Below, piece after piece: positions 62,471 through 64,000 of a stretch of 64,000 bases of DNA. A model generated the notes under the pieces. The model worked only from the letters and a program-made list of their open reading frames with translations. It was not told the DNA's origin and did not search any database. Position numbers and translations under genes: made by a program. Each line of letters begins with the position of its first letter. Within the stretch, counting starts at the first letter, position 1. The stretch is from Candidatus Eiseniibacteriota bacterium (GTDB lineage Bacteria > Eisenbacteria > RBG-16-71-46): positions 576,001-640,000 of the forward strand of contig OY970178.1 of assembly GCA_963707915.1 (NCBI GenBank), read 5' to 3'.

Positions 62471-63553
62471 CTACCGGGCGGAATCCCGGTCGAGCTGGTA
62501 GGCCTGCCGGTCGGGCCGGCAGACATAGCGCATCCCGTGCCCCGCGACCCGGAGACCGTCGTGGGTCAGCCAGCGGTCCGCGACCAGGTCCTGCAGCCCG
62601 GCGGGGTAGGCGCCGTGCTCGCGCCGGTAGAGGTCGAGGGCCATGCGCAGGTCGCGCACCTGGGCGGCCGCGAAGATGTCGGTGCCCGGGGGACGCGAGG
62701 TCGCGTGCGCGACGACGTGCGAGGTCGCGCGCAGCACGACGAGGGTGGCGATCAGCAGCCCCGCCAGCGCGAGCTCGCGCTCCCAGCGGATCCGCGCAGG
62801 CCGGGCGGCCACCGACGGTTCCGGCGGGGACGAGACGTGCCCGGGCGCGCGGCGCCCGACCGGCTCGAACCATCCCGCGTCGACCATCCGCTGGAGCGCC
62901 TCGTAGGTCTCGTACTCCGACATCGGCGCGGCGGCCACGACCTCGGCCAGCGTGCGCCGGCCGTCGATGATGCCGAACAGCTCGCGCTCCTCCTCGGCGA
63001 GTTCCACGTCGGGATCGGGCAGGTCGCGCAGGCCGAGGATCACGTTCGCATCGGGGAAGGCGGCGGCGTAGCGCTTCTCCTCGTCCGAGCGCCGCGCCAC
63101 TTCCATCAGGACGCCCTCGATGCTGAGGCGAACGAGCAACGGCTGGGTCCAGCGCAGGCGGGGGTCGAAGCGGTAGGTGCCGTCCTCCCAGCGGACGAGT
63201 CGCATGAGGTCGTCGAGGATCTGGCGCTCGACGAAGCCCGCGAGCTCCTCGGCGTCCAGGTAGCGTCCGTTCAGGAGCAGGTCCTCGAGGTCACGCGACG
63301 ACTCGCGCTGGATGGTGAGGATGCCGCGCTGCTGCTCGTCGGAGAGGCGGTGCGCCTGCCGCAGGAACGCCAGCAGCGGGTCGCCCTTCTCGAGGCCGGG
63401 GTTGCGGGTCGAGACCACGCGGCCGTCCTGCACGTAGATCACGACCTGCTGCCCGGCGCGTTCGAGCGTGAGGCATCCGGTCTTCTTCTGCGTGCCCAGG
63501 AGCTGCAGGATCTCGCTGGCGGAGAAGTCGCGGAGGTTCCCCTGGAGGGCCAT
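62471..63553 (-). CDS. DUF4388 domain membrane protein with C-terminal GspG/pilin-like segment
   Basis: MALQGNLRDFS..EILQLL....KTG.L, W..G.Y.F, TM, LRMALDLY....G.YP..LQDLV. Confidence 0.82.
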   Translation of the reverse strand: MALQGNLRDFSASEILQLLGTQKKTGCLTLERAGQQVVIYVQDGRVVSTRNPGLEKGDPLLAFLRQAHRLSDEQQRGILTIQRESSRDLEDLLLNGRYLDAEELAGFVERQILDDLMRLVRWEDGTYRFDPRLRWTQPLLVRLSIEGVLMEVARRSDEEKRYAAAFPDANVILGLRDLPDPDVELAEEERELFGIIDGRRTLAEVVAAAPMSEYETYEALQRMVDAGWFEPVGRRAPGHVSSPPEPSVAARPARIRWERELALAGLLIATLVVLRATSHVVAHATSRPPGTDIFAAAQVRDLRMALDLYRREHGAYPAGLQDLVADRWLTHDGLRVAGHGMRYVCRPDRQAYQLDRDSAR

Positions 63554-63561
63554 GCGGTCTC

Positions 63562-64000
63562 CTAGGCGGCCAGCGCCGAGTGGTCGCGGCTGGCCAGGCG
63601 GATCCGGCTCCGCAGCGGCGCGGCCTGGGCGGCTTCGGCCGCATCGGCGCGCGCCAGGCTGCCGAAGTAGCCGAGCAGCGAGACCAGGTAGACGGCCAGC
63701 CAGCTGCCGACCTGCACCGCGAGCGGGAACTCCGCGATCGGGACCGCGAGCCGGGTCTCGAAGGTGAACGGCGCGGCGCATCCCGCGGCCACCGCCAGCA
63801 GGGCGGCGCTCACGGTGAGGAGCAGCACGGCGGGCACGACGCGGCGGAAGGTGAGCAGCCCGAAACCGGGGACCACCAGCGCCAGCGCGGTGAGCAGGCG
63901 GCGTTGTGAGCGGCGCACCTGGCGGCGGCGCTGCAGCAGCAGGACGCGGCCGAAGTCCGGGGTCTCGGCGCCGGCCTCGACCGCCGCGCACGCCGGGCAG
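63562..64000 (-). CDS. Membrane protein C-terminus with CxxC (5' truncated by window)
   Basis: Open frame from window edge: CPAC...LVVPGFGLL plus TM segments, ends HSALAA. Confidence 0.7.
   Translation of the reverse strand, partial: CPACAAVEAGAETPDFGRVLLLQRRRQVRRSQRRLLTALALVVPGFGLLTFRRVVPAVLLLTVSAALLAVAAGCAAPFTFETRLAVPIAEFPLAVQVGSWLAVYLVSLLGYFGSLARADAAEAAQAAPLRSRIRLASRDHSALAA

Overview
Very GC-rich bacterial chromosome segment, almost entirely + strand core genes from a diderm, LPS-producing organism. The lpxC-fabZ fusion, Bat operon and mcsAB-clpC suggest an FCB/PVC-neighbouring lineage such as Ca. Eisenbacteria (inference only). In order: pcrA end; gatCAB; tsaC-ywlE-ilvE-rpiB-glyA; a sigma54-driven orphan gene; a MoxR/Bat operon; PAP2 phosphatase; PTS-IIA-like plus Zn-ribbon pair; CCA-type enzyme; polyprenyl synthase; rsfS; argS; PfkB kinase; a signalling island at 24.7-28.4 kb; Gfo oxidoreductase-lnt-asd-ecfT-truA-htrA; lysS-lolC/E-lolD-mcsA-mcsB-clpC-bamA-skp-lpxD-lpxC/fabZ-lpxA-gnnA-lpxB-lpxJ-waaA-lpxK-nadB; msbA; heptosyltransferases; proS; gmhB; and a convergent DUF4388 locus. 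The most novel-looking element is the signalling island: an operator-overlapped promoter, a conserved hypothetical gene, a 16-codon peptide ORF missed by the ORF track (MLFILELLEFFGRAGW, perfect Shine-Dalgarno), hairpins, a membrane-sensor HD-GYP phosphodiesterase and a sensor-less sigma54 activator. I saw no rRNA, tRNA or CRISPR. All assignments come from motif recognition by eye; no database search was run.
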